Shown here: piece after piece, positions 1 to 8,953 of the stretch
Layout of the letters: each line of letters begins with the position of its first letter
Numbering within the stretch: position 1 is the first letter of the stretch
Virus record (IMG/VR): IMGVR_UViG_3300005529_000033
Location: 6,436 to 70,435 of that record
From: a virus
Length of the DNA stretch: 64,000 nucleotides
Reading direction: 5' to 3' (one strand)
Program-made: the position numbers and the translations under genes
The notes under the pieces: generated by a model
Databases searched by the model: none
The model's input: only the letters and a program-made list of their open reading frames with translations
What the model was told of the DNA's origin: nothing

Positions 1-2
1 AT

Positions 3-320
3 GACCCCGAGTTCATCGACGTGTCCCGCTACTCGCAGCCGGGAAGCTTCATGCTCGGGGAAATCGGCCGGTACAACGACTGCGTATTCATCGAGACCAC
101 GCAGGTCCAGGCCCAGTACGTTTCCGGGAACTCCGGACCCACCTACTACAACTCCACCATGATCGGTGACAACGCCGCCGGGCATGCCATTTCCCTCCCC
201 GTCGAGCTCAGAGACTCGGGCGTACTCGACTACGGTCGAGAGCACGGGCTGGCCTGGTATGCCATCTGGGGTCTCGGGCTTATCACCGACCAGTCCATCG
301 TCAACCTCATGACCAACTAG
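3..320 (+). CDS. major capsid protein, C-terminal part (N4-gp56/Bxz1-like), truncated by window edge
   Basis: Frame open from window edge (DPEFIDVSRY...); GEIGR..FIETT and LPVELRD.GV.DYGREH.LAWY.IWG motifs. Confidence 0.85.
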   Translation, partial: DPEFIDVSRYSQPGSFMLGEIGRYNDCVFIETTQVQAQYVSGNSGPTYYNSTMIGDNAAGHAISLPVELRDSGVLDYGREHGLAWYAIWGLGLITDQSIVNLMTN

Positions 321-353
321 CAAGCCATTCCGGGAAAACCAGGGAGGCATTTC

Positions 354-719
354 ATGCGGCCTTTCTGCCGGAGAAAGCCAGACAGCTCACAGCGCATCCT
401 CGCCGCACTCGGGCAGATGCGCCGCGATATGACCGCGTACGGGAAACTCATAGGAGAACTCATGGCAGCCCAGGACGACATCAACGCCGCGACCCAGGCC
501 TTCCAGGGCGTGCTCACCGACCTCCAGGCCCAGGCCGCCACCCTGGTCACCGACCTCGCCGAGATCCAGGCCGCCGTCGCCGCGGGCCAGCCCGTCGACA
601 CCAGCGCGCTGAACGCCGTCGTCGCGAACGCCCAGGCCGTCCAGTCCGCCCTGGACACCGCCGTGGCCAACATCGACGCCGAGGCCGCCTCCGTCACCCC
701 GCCCGCCCCGCAGCCGTAA
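354..719 (+). CDS. hypothetical Ala-rich coiled-coil protein (alternative start 462)
   Basis: ORF with GGAG-type RBS before both 354 and 462. Confidence 0.6.
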   Translation: MRPFCRRKPDSSQRILAALGQMRRDMTAYGKLIGELMAAQDDINAATQAFQGVLTDLQAQAATLVTDLAEIQAAVAAGQPVDTSALNAVVANAQAVQSALDTAVANIDAEAASVTPPAPQP

Positions 720-755
720 CCCGCCGCCCACCCGTAGCCCACCCGGAGAACACCC

Positions 756-1196
756 ATGGCACCAGCGAACGCCGGCAGCATCTTCGTCGGCGACACCAAG
801 CTCAAGGACGAGCTGCTGCGCTCGGCCTCGGAGAAGAAGCGCCGCGAGGCGCTATCGGAAGCCGAGAAAGCAGCCGAGGACGAAGCGCACGCCATCCGCA
901 CGGGCGTCACCCACGTCGACCTCGACACCGGGTTCAGCCCGCTGCCGGAAAAAGAAGACAACGCCAACCCGAAATCAGAGACGGTCGTCGTCCGGTTCCG
1001 GCGCGAAGTCGAGGAAATGGCCTACGGCCGGCAGATCACCACCCCCGCCGTCTACGACGGGAAAGGCGATATCGTCACCCCGGCCGTCCTGGGGAGCATC
1101 CGGTACTTCAGTTTCCAGGAAGGCCGCCGGTACGAGATCCCCCGGCACATGGCCGAGCACCTGGCGACGCGCGGGATCGTCTACGACTACGAATAG
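756..1196 (+). CDS. hypothetical head-region protein
   Basis: GGAGA RBS; C-terminal FQEGRRYEIPRHMAEHL..G segment; follows capsid gene. Confidence 0.65.
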   Translation: MAPANAGSIFVGDTKLKDELLRSASEKKRREALSEAEKAAEDEAHAIRTGVTHVDLDTGFSPLPEKEDNANPKSETVVVRFRREVEEMAYGRQITTPAVYDGKGDIVTPAVLGSIRYFSFQEGRRYEIPRHMAEHLATRGIVYDYE

Positions 1197-1205
1197 GAGG
1201 CGGCA

Positions 1206-1730
1206 GTGGGGCAGATCGGCACGCACGGCGCGCAGGCCTGCCTGAACCTGCTCACCGGCAACGCCGTCCCCGTCGTCTCCTCCTCCGCCCCCTCAGCGTG
1301 GATCCCGGGGCAGTACTGGATCAACTCCTCCGCGGGGAACACCCCGTACGAGTACAACGGGGCGACCTGGGTGCCGGCCAGCTCCACCCGGTACATGGCG
1401 CTGCTGACCGCCGACCCGACCGGGCCGATCCCCGCAGTGAGCATCTCCGACCTGGCCGAAGTCACCACCGCCGGGTACGCGCGGGCCGTGGTGTCCATGT
1501 CGCTGGCCACCCCCGACTACCCGTCTGTCAGCACGGACACCGGGACGATCTCCTGGGGGCCGATGGCGGCCGACATGCTCGCCCCGGCGTTATTCGCCGC
1601 CCTGGTCACCGTCAGCTCCGGCACCGGGGGCCTGTACGTGTTCTCCTGGCCGCTGCCGTCCCCGCAGCAGGTATCCGTCTCCCAGTACGTGCAGGTCGCG
1701 ACGAACGAGCTCAGTCTTTCCCAGGCCTAG
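1206..1730 (+). CDS. putative virion structural/decoration protein
   Basis: AGGAGG RBS; YMALLTADP...EV...GYAR motif typical of small virion beta proteins. Confidence 0.65.
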   Translation: MGQIGTHGAQACLNLLTGNAVPVVSSSAPSAWIPGQYWINSSAGNTPYEYNGATWVPASSTRYMALLTADPTGPIPAVSISDLAEVTTAGYARAVVSMSLATPDYPSVSTDTGTISWGPMAADMLAPALFAALVTVSSGTGGLYVFSWPLPSPQQVSVSQYVQVATNELSLSQA

Positions 1731-1780
1731 CCGGTACATTGGTAGTGGACGTGAGCCCGCATTTCAAGGGAGCCGGATAG

Positions 1781-2359
1781 ATGACCGCTCTGGTATTTTC
1801 AGACATCCTGTATTACCTATCGGCTCCCTCCGCGTCCGCCGGGTTCGCCAATGCCGGGACCGCAGGCGCCAGCTGGGGCGGGTACATCAGCACCAGCCAG
1901 CTGAACTCGAGCGTGACGCTGGACAACTTGTTCAACGACATCACCGGATCCCAGAACGCCGCGGACCAGGTGGATTACGCCTGCTTATTCGTGCTGAACA
2001 ACACGTCCAGCGGTAACTCGATGCTGAACACGGTGGTATGGGTGCCGAACTCCGCGTACGTCGCGGGAGGCGCGAACGCGGCGGTCGGCGCCGACCCGAC
2101 CGGCATCAGCGTCAAGACCGTCACGTCCCTGCAGGCCGTCAAGATCACCTCCAACACGGTCGCGCCCGCCGGGGTCAGCACCTGGATCGGCCCGCAGGCC
2201 TCCGCCCCCACCGCCCCGTCATACACGGGCGGCCTGCAGATCGGCACCGTCCCGCCCGGCTCCTGCTTCGCCCTGTGGATCCGCCGGACCGCGGCGAACT
2301 CCGCGCCGGTCAACGCTGACGGGCTCGGCATCCAGGTCATCTGCGACACCCAGGGCTAG
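1781..2359 (+). CDS. putative virion structural protein
   Basis: SWGGYIS..LDNLFNDITG..N...DYAC.FV.N...ALWIRR pattern; structural context. Confidence 0.65.
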   Translation: MTALVFSDILYYLSAPSASAGFANAGTAGASWGGYISTSQLNSSVTLDNLFNDITGSQNAADQVDYACLFVLNNTSSGNSMLNTVVWVPNSAYVAGGANAAVGADPTGISVKTVTSLQAVKITSNTVAPAGVSTWIGPQASAPTAPSYTGGLQIGTVPPGSCFALWIRRTAANSAPVNADGLGIQVICDTQG

Positions 2360-2392
2360 ATCCTCCCGGCTCCGGCCGCGTGAGGAGCCGGC

Positions 2393-4738
2393 ATGACAGT
2401 CTTCACCGCCACCTCGAGCACCACCTGGTTATGCCCGCCGAACGTCTTCACCGTCGCCTGCGGCGCCTGGGGCATGTTCGGGGCCGGCGGCACCTCCGTC
2501 CACGGCTCCAAGCCCGGCGCCGGGGGCGGGGGCGGGGCCTACAGCTTCGCCGGCAGCGTCGCGGTAACCCCCGGCAACACGTACAGCATTTTCGTCGACG
2601 CGACCTCAGCCCGCTTCGTCGGGGACAGCATCACCGTCGCGGCGAACTCCGGGACCAGCGCGGTCAGCAACACCCCCGGGACCGGAGGCGCGATCACCGC
2701 CGGGATGGACGTGTCCCATCCCGGCGGCAACGGCGACGCGGGCACGCTCGGCAACAACCAGCCCGGCGGCGGAGGCGGCGGCGGAGCCGGATCAGGGGGC
2801 GCCGGCGGGAACGCCTCCGGCAGCACGGGGGGAACCGCGGGCAGCGCCGACGCCGGGGCCGGCGCCGCAGGCGGCGGATCGCTGGCTTCCGGCAACAGCG
2901 GCAACCTGCCGAACGGCGCCTCAAGCGGCGGCGGCTCCGGCGGCAGCATCAACCATGCGGGCGCCCCCGCGGGCGGCGGCCAGATCCAGCTCACCTACGC
3001 CGCCGTGGCGAACACCACCGTCACCGGGGCAGCCGGGATCCTGGCCGCAGCCGGGACCGGCGGCACGGTAGGCGCCGGCTCCAACGGGACAGCCGGGACC
3101 ATCACCGTGTCCGCGCCAGCCGGGGCCGTCACCGTCGGCGGCAACTGGGTCACCCCCGGCACGGCTGGCACCATCACCGCCGCCGCCCCGGCCGGCGCCG
3201 CCACCGTGGCGCTGCCCGGCACCCCCGGCACGGTCACCGTCACCGGGCCGTCCGGCGGCCTGCTCGTCCACGTCGTCTCCCCCGCGCCCCGCACGCCCGC
3301 CACCGCGTTCGCCGGCACCCGCCGCACCGCCCGCAGGCCAGCCCGGGGGCGGCGCGAGCGCGCCGCCCCCGGTGTCCTGGGCGGCGCCCGGTTCTCCGCC
3401 GTCACGCCCGTCCAGGCCCCCCCGCTCGCCACCTGGAACACCCGTACCCTGGTCACCTCCGCCGCCCAGGCCGGATGGGGCGTCCGGCTCCAGGTCACCA
3501 GCCAGCGCCAGGTCTCCTGGAATACCCGCGCCGCCCTCACCGCCCAGCCCGCCCCGGCCGTCACCTGGACCGCGGCCCTGCGCCGCCCCGCCAGCCATCC
3601 CGGACGCCGCCGCCGCGGCATCCCCCCTCCCCCGGCCGCCAGCCGCCGGTCCGCCGCCTTCACCGCACCCGGCCCCCCCATCGCCTGGCGCACCTTCGCC
3701 GCCGCCGCTGTTACTGCATACGCCACCTGGAACACCCGCGCCCAGGTCACCTCCGCCGCGTACACGGCATGGCACACCCAGGCCGGGACCCACGGCATCG
3801 TCATCTCCGACGCGGACATCACCTGGACCACCTACGCCGCCTCCGTCACCCAGGATGCCGCCGCCGCCTGGAACACCCGGGCCCTGGCCACCGGGACGGC
3901 CGCACTAGGCTGGGCCGCAGACGGGCGCATCGTCTCCGCCGCCGCCGCCGCCTGGAACACCCTGGGCGCCGTTCCCCTGCCCCGGTACGGCGTCCGCCGC
4001 CAGGTCACCGCCCGGAGGCACCGCCGCGGCGTCCGCCTGGCCGCCTGGCGCGGTGCCTCCGCCCAGGCCGCACCCCCGCCCAGCATGGCCGTCACCCGGT
4101 GGGCCGTCCGCACCCAGGTCACCCAGACTGCCGCCGCCGGCTGGGGAAGCCGGGCGCTGGTCACCAGCACTGCCAGCGCCCGGTGGAAGACCCTCCGCAG
4201 CTTCACCGCAGCCAGTCCGCAGGTCGCCTGGAGCACCCGCACGACGATCGCCGGCAATACGGCTGCGGGCTGGCGCACCCTGAACACCGTCACCCAGGGC
4301 GCCGCTGCCACCTGGCTGGTCAATGAGACCGGGCCCGCCGTCACCGCCATCATCCGGTGGAACGTCCTGGTCAAGGCCCCGGCCAGCACGGCAGCCGTCA
4401 CCTGGGACACTTGCCAGACGATAAGCTCTCGCACTGCCGTGACCGGATGGGACATCACCCCGCCCGTCACGAGCTCCTCCCCGCCCATCGGCTGGGACGA
4501 CCTGGTGACCGTCGCCGCCTCATCCCCGGCGGTCACCTGGAACACCCGGACCCGGGTCACCTCGGCTGCCGCCGTCACCTGGGGAGTCATCGGCACCGCG
4601 GCCAGCACCCAGGTCACCCGGTGGCGCACGCTCGGGGCCGTGGCCTGCGACAGCCCGCAGATATCATGGGATACAGGCCAGGCGCTGCAGGCCCAGATGC
4701 GGCTGGCCTCCATGGACGAGTGGTTCACCCCGGAGTAG
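2393..4738 (+). CDS. Gly-rich, Trp-repeat virion fibre/decoration protein
   Basis: GAGGAG RBS; Gly-rich N-terminal domain followed by many ~15-aa TWNTR-like repeats. Confidence 0.65.
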   Translation: MTVFTATSSTTWLCPPNVFTVACGAWGMFGAGGTSVHGSKPGAGGGGGAYSFAGSVAVTPGNTYSIFVDATSARFVGDSITVAANSGTSAVSNTPGTGGAITAGMDVSHPGGNGDAGTLGNNQPGGGGGGGAGSGGAGGNASGSTGGTAGSADAGAGAAGGGSLASGNSGNLPNGASSGGGSGGSINHAGAPAGGGQIQLTYAAVANTTVTGAAGILAAAGTGGTVGAGSNGTAGTITVSAPAGAVTVGGNWVTPGTAGTITAAAPAGAATVALPGTPGTVTVTGPSGGLLVHVVSPAPRTPATAFAGTRRTARRPARGRRERAAPGVLGGARFSAVTPVQAPPLATWNTRTLVTSAAQAGWGVRLQVTSQRQVSWNTRAALTAQPAPAVTWTAALRRPASHPGRRRRGIPPPPAASRRSAAFTAPGPPIAWRTFAAAAVTAYATWNTRAQVTSAAYTAWHTQAGTHGIVISDADITWTTYAASVTQDAAAAWNTRALATGTAALGWAADGRIVSAAAAAWNTLGAVPLPRYGVRRQVTARRHRRGVRLAAWRGASAQAAPPPSMAVTRWAVRTQVTQTAAAGWGSRALVTSTASARWKTLRSFTAASPQVAWSTRTTIAGNTAAGWRTLNTVTQGAAATWLVNETGPAVTAIIRWNVLVKAPASTAAVTWDTCQTISSRTAVTGWDITPPVTSSSPPIGWDDLVTVAASSPAVTWNTRTRVTSAAAVTWGVIGTAASTQVTRWRTLGAVACDSPQISWDTGQALQAQMRLASMDEWFTPE

Positions 4739-4740
4739 AC

Positions 4741-5568
4741 GTGGAAGCCGCCGAGCTCATCCGCCGGGTACGCAGGGAGTTAGGCGACCCGCGGCAGCAG
4801 TTCCGTTCCACTATGCCCTGTGACGGCACCGTCGCCTGGTTCAACCTCCCCAAGGAGAACATCGACCCGGACGACTTCACCGCCGACGTCATCTCGCCCG
4901 GCGGCTCCGTCATGGCCCTCGAGCCCGACGCCGGGTACGCGCTGAACTCCCGGCAGGGCCAGGTCCTGCTCGCCGCACCGCCCGCCGCCGGCAGCACCGT
5001 GCTGTTCACCGGCACTGCCTACGCCATGTTCAGCTGCCAGGACATGGATGACTACCTGCGCGACGCCATCACCTGGCACTGCGCCGGCCGCAGCATCCGG
5101 GAACGGTACCGGACCCCGCAAGGGTTCATTGCCTACCGCGAGAGCCCCATGGGCCTGGGTAACCTGCCGCCCATGGAAGAACCCCTGCTCGCCATGCGGG
5201 CCGTGTACAACCTGCTCTGGGTCTTAGCCAACGACGCCGCCACCGACGTCAACGTCCAGACCGCCGAAGGCACCGTGATTGACCGCGGCCAGCGGTACCG
5301 GCAGCTCGTCTCCCAGATCCAGGAGCTCCAGGAACGGTACGACCGGGACTGCGCCGCCGTCAACGGCGGCCCCTACCGGTGGGAGACCATCCGGCTCCGC
5401 CGCGTCTCCAAGACCACCGGCCGGCTCGTCCCGCTGTACAAGGACCGCGAGTACGACGAGTTCGCCTACCCCACCCGGCTCGTGCCGCCGATAGACGCCC
5501 GCTGGGAAGACAACTCCGGGATACCATCGCAGCTGTACTTCGGCTACGGCGGGATCGGAGGATCATGA
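4741..5568 (+). CDS. putative head-tail adaptor/neck protein
   Basis: GTG start right after previous stop (in frame with track ORF 4357); RVR.ELGD N-terminus, LRRVSKTTGRLVPLY..REYD C-terminus. Confidence 0.7.
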   Translation: MEAAELIRRVRRELGDPRQQFRSTMPCDGTVAWFNLPKENIDPDDFTADVISPGGSVMALEPDAGYALNSRQGQVLLAAPPAAGSTVLFTGTAYAMFSCQDMDDYLRDAITWHCAGRSIRERYRTPQGFIAYRESPMGLGNLPPMEEPLLAMRAVYNLLWVLANDAATDVNVQTAEGTVIDRGQRYRQLVSQIQELQERYDRDCAAVNGGPYRWETIRLRRVSKTTGRLVPLYKDREYDEFAYPTRLVPPIDARWEDNSGIPSQLYFGYGGIGGS

Positions 5569-5894
5569 TGCCCGGACAGAGCCCGCACCTGAACGAGCAG
5601 CAGTTCAGGGTTAAGATCACCCCGGCCCAGTCGAACCTGCTCAGCTCCTACCGCGGCGCCAGCGAGCACCTCGACGCCGCCGAGGATCACGGCGCCAGCT
5701 GGACCAGTAACAGCCTCACGGTCCCGCACGAAGCCGCCCCGCATATCGCCAGTTTCGTCAGCATGCACGCGGAAATCGCCCGGGACGTCCAGGGCGACTA
5801 CATGACCCCAGGGGAACGCGCCAAGCACAGGACCGCCCTGGGGCTGCACAAGAATGTCTCCGCTGCCCTCGGCGAGCACATGCGGGGCCGCTGA
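5565..5894 (+). CDS. hypothetical protein with 'HLNEQQF' leader
   Basis: GGAGG RBS, ATGA overlap with upstream gene. Confidence 0.65.
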   Translation: MMPGQSPHLNEQQFRVKITPAQSNLLSSYRGASEHLDAAEDHGASWTSNSLTVPHEAAPHIASFVSMHAEIARDVQGDYMTPGERAKHRTALGLHKNVSAALGEHMRGR

Positions 5895-6166
5895 TGAGCG
5901 CGTCCGACTACCTGCAGCCCAGGCAGTTCTACCACGGCACCCGGCATGAGTTCACGCCAGGTGACCTGGTTGATCCTGGTCGTGAGCAAAATCCTGACCC
6001 ATCGGCATCCGGTCCTTACGCTTACGTCAGTCCCGACAAGAGTTTCGCCAGCGGGTACGGCAAGGTGTACAAGGTTGAGCCGACCGGACCGGTAGAACGC
6101 GTCCCGCACGGGGCATCCCTGGAGTACCAGACCGCTCATCCCCTGCGCGTGACCGGAGAAGCATGA
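5894..6166 (+). CDS. Arr-like small ADP-ribosyltransferase
   Basis: FYHGT..F.PGDL..PG, YAYVS, VYKVEPTGP, PLRVTGE match rifampin ADP-ribosyltransferase (Arr) family motifs. Confidence 0.7.
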   Translation: MSASDYLQPRQFYHGTRHEFTPGDLVDPGREQNPDPSASGPYAYVSPDKSFASGYGKVYKVEPTGPVERVPHGASLEYQTAHPLRVTGEA

Positions 6167-6702
6167 GCCGCGTCGACTGGAAATCCGGCGGCAAGTTCTC
6201 CACATCCGAGGCTGAGACTGCCGGCATCTACGAGGCCATGGCCGGGTGGCGTGACGCTAACGGCGACTGGCTCGGCTACTTGCACCTCAACCGCGAGGCC
6301 AGCCAGTACGACGACGTGTACGCCGAGGCCACCGGAGCCGGCCTGGTCTACTACCCGATGGTCCGCCTGCCGGTCATGCATGTCACGTTCAACCCGTCCG
6401 GCAACGAGCAGGGCGAAGCCGGGTTCTACTGGAACGACTCCATCACCGCGCAGATCGCCTACGACGCCTTCACCCAGTCCGGCCTCCCGTTCTCCAGGAT
6501 CAGCCCGCAGGGCTACGGCAACGACCGCTGCCTGTACAACCGCAAGATCTTCCGCGTCACCAAGCTCACGCCCGAGGGCAAGATCCAGCAGCAGCCCACC
6601 GTCATCCTCCTCGAGGCCACCCAGGTCAAGCCGGATGAAGCCCGCGACGACCCGGTTGTGAGCCGCCTGATCCAGGCGAACCTCGGGGACGGCAACCAGT
6701 AA
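6163..6702 (+). CDS. putative head closure/stopper protein
   Basis: YDDVY.E and NDR..Y..KIFRV..L...G motifs; neck position. Confidence 0.6.
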   Translation: MSRVDWKSGGKFSTSEAETAGIYEAMAGWRDANGDWLGYLHLNREASQYDDVYAEATGAGLVYYPMVRLPVMHVTFNPSGNEQGEAGFYWNDSITAQIAYDAFTQSGLPFSRISPQGYGNDRCLYNRKIFRVTKLTPEGKIQQQPTVILLEATQVKPDEARDDPVVSRLIQANLGDGNQ

Positions 6703-6712
6703 GCTTGCCGCC

Positions 6713-7063
6713 ATGGGCTGGGCGGAAAAGCGGAGCGGCGGCTGGCGGGCCAGGTGGTACGACCGGGACAGGAAGCAGAAGTCAGCCTCAGGCTTCAGGA
6801 CCCGCGCCGACGCCCTGGATTACGCATCGCTCCGCGAGCGCTTCCGGGTTCCTGACGCAACCGTGCCCCCAGCTGAGGAGCAGGCCATAAGCAACGACCA
6901 GGTGCTTGTGCAGCGGTATCCGAGCGGCAATGCCGCGGTAGCAGTCCTGGGCACCAGGCTCCGGGTTTCCCTCCAGGCGCACGAATGGAATGGCCTGGTC
7001 GAGATCATCCGGTCCCTGGACGGGACACCACGGCCTGCGGCACCAGTAAGATCGCAGCCATGA
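6713..7063 (+). CDS. stand-alone integrase arm-binding-like protein
   Basis: W.EKR.G.WRARW.D.D.K.KS.SGF.TR.DA N-terminus, no catalytic domain; TAAGCT 7 nt upstream. Confidence 0.55.
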   Translation: MGWAEKRSGGWRARWYDRDRKQKSASGFRTRADALDYASLRERFRVPDATVPPAEEQAISNDQVLVQRYPSGNAAVAVLGTRLRVSLQAHEWNGLVEIIRSLDGTPRPAAPVRSQP

Positions 7064-7611
7064 CCCAGGACCCGATCTTCGCAGGCAAGCTCTCCTTAAC
7101 CGACGACATCCCCGGCGAGCCAGCCGTCTTCGAGCGGGCCGACCCGGAGCGCTTGGACCGTCTCGTGACGACATACGCAAAGACGCGTGCAAGCTCGCTG
7201 TCTGACCTGATGACGGTTGAGCAGGCCAGTTCCGAGCTTGACCGCATGCAGGCGGAACGCAAGCGCATGCGCTTCCCGCAGACAACGTTCAACCAGGTCA
7301 AGTGGGATCTCGGCTACATAAGGGACACTTACGGCCAGCCGCCGCCCCTCCCCGAGCCCGGCCTCAGCCCGGCCGCGCAGCGGGTCCGCGCGGAAGCCGC
7401 CCGGCTCGGTATCGACTACGACGCCGAGGTAGCCAAGGTCCTGCACAGCATGAAGGCCGCAGGCCTGCGCGTCGCCCCGAACCCCTGGTCCGCGAAGGCC
7501 GGCCCCGACCCGCTGAAGAACGTCAGCGACGAGGCCAGGTACCAGGCGGAGAAGGCCGCCGTCGAGACGATCAAGCGAGAGCGCGGCGTTCAGCTGACCT
7601 GGCAGGACTGA
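7060..7611 (+). CDS. hypothetical protein
   Basis: ATGA overlap; TAAGAT 7 nt upstream. Confidence 0.6.
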   Translation: MTQDPIFAGKLSLTDDIPGEPAVFERADPERLDRLVTTYAKTRASSLSDLMTVEQASSELDRMQAERKRMRFPQTTFNQVKWDLGYIRDTYGQPPPLPEPGLSPAAQRVRAEAARLGIDYDAEVAKVLHSMKAAGLRVAPNPWSAKAGPDPLKNVSDEARYQAEKAAVETIKRERGVQLTWQD

Positions 7612-7614
7612 CAG

Positions 7615-8073
7615 TCACCTGGCAGCGGCCACCGATGCCGCCCACAGGCAGCCCACGTGAAACGCCTGGTCCAGCGCGTAGGCACCTGTGCCCAGTACCG
7701 GGTTGTCATCCTGACCTGGCCTGGGAGCGCCAAGCTTCCAGAAGTCGCGGAGCCCGGCCAGCTCTGCCAGCCTTGCCAGGCCGCGCGCCGGGTCCAGTGA
7801 CCGGCGGTCCGCGAGGTAATGAGACACCGCGTCGCCGGCCAGTGCCAGCGCGGTGCGGACCGGCCGTACCTGCTGACCGGACAGGTGCAGGGCGGTCACC
7901 GCGGCTGCCTTGCACGCAGTCAGCGTCGCTATGTGCACTGCGCACGCCCGGCGGCCCTCCCAGCCTTCGCGGCCCTTCCACGCGGCCTGGCGGGACGTCT
8001 GGGCCCAGTGGTCGCCCACCAGGTGCGCAGCGTACAGAGCGGCGAACATGTCTCCGGCGGATGCTTGAGTCAT
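7615..8073 (-). CDS. DUF3307-like membrane protein
   Basis: AH.VGDHW.QT..QA..K, SHY.ADRR and DQAFH motifs. Confidence 0.7.
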   Translation of the reverse strand: MTQASAGDMFAALYAAHLVGDHWAQTSRQAAWKGREGWEGRRACAVHIATLTACKAAAVTALHLSGQQVRPVRTALALAGDAVSHYLADRRSLDPARGLARLAELAGLRDFWKLGAPRPGQDDNPVLGTGAYALDQAFHVGCLWAASVAAAR

Positions 8074-8184
8074 GGTCCCAGCATGGGCCAGGTGCCAAGC
8101 ATGCGATGTCCAGGATGACGCTGGATGCCTGCGTCATCTGACGCAGTGATATTCAGTTAACCTGGGAAGAGTAACCGCAGGGAG

Positions 8185-8943
8185 GTGGCTGTTATCCCCT
8201 GGCTGCTGAATGAGGATGCTGCCCTGAAGTTCAAAATGCAGGGCCTTACCGTCACCGACATGACCTCCGGGGACTTACCTGGCGGCGTCCGTGAGGTGCC
8301 CGTCCGGTTCCGGCTTCCCATGGACGAACTGGTTAACCTGACGTTCCCCAGCATCTTGATCGAGTTCCAGCAGATGGTGTGGGCGTCGCCGCGGCAGCAT
8401 TCCGGCCAGATCCAGCTGCCGTACGCACCCGAGGGCATGACGCACTGGTGGCCGGACGGGGACACGGCCTACCCGGTCGGCGGCAGCCCGTACTGGACCC
8501 GGGAGCCGCTGGCCGTCTGGCTGTTCTACCAGGTGACCCTGTACAGCCGCCTGCAGCGTGACCATCAGCGCCCGCTCGAGGCCGCGCTGTCCCAGCCAGA
8601 CTACCTGCCGCTGCTCGACGGGTACCTCAACGTGCCGCAGGACGGCACGTACCGGCGGCTGGATGTCACCGGGGGCCCGAACCGCGGCTACGCCCGGTAC
8701 GACCCGTCCGAGCTCGGCCAGGGAGACCAGAAGCGCGTCCTGTTCACGACATGGCAGGTACGCGTTTCCAGCGAGATGCTGTACGGCGTGGAAGACCTCC
8801 GCGCAGCGGTCCTGGCCCAGGCTGTCAGCTTCGACCTGTCCTGCTATACCACAACCCAGAACATCACCACAGCGGAGATCCACGAATCGTTCGGTATCCT
8901 GGGCGTAAGACCGCAGACGTCATGGAACGTGCAGGGGCAATAG
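8185..8943 (+). CDS. putative tail terminator/completion protein
   Basis: W.LNEDAALK..MQG.TV.D start; directly upstream of sheath. Confidence 0.65.
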   Translation: MAVIPWLLNEDAALKFKMQGLTVTDMTSGDLPGGVREVPVRFRLPMDELVNLTFPSILIEFQQMVWASPRQHSGQIQLPYAPEGMTHWWPDGDTAYPVGGSPYWTREPLAVWLFYQVTLYSRLQRDHQRPLEAALSQPDYLPLLDGYLNVPQDGTYRRLDVTGGPNRGYARYDPSELGQGDQKRVLFTTWQVRVSSEMLYGVEDLRAAVLAQAVSFDLSCYTTTQNITTAEIHESFGILGVRPQTSWNVQGQ

Positions 8944-8953
8944 AGGAGTCCGG

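Noticed and set aside
2380-4326. Long Arg-rich alternative-frame ORFs and antisense ORFs in the track (also e.g. 52312-54126 on the minus strand)
   Set aside because: Shadow frames of high-GC3 genes; no motifs or RBS
5894-6166. Calling this a rifampin resistance gene (arr)
   Set aside because: Only fold-level motifs match; it is shorter than Arr and lacks the recognisable substrate-side loop
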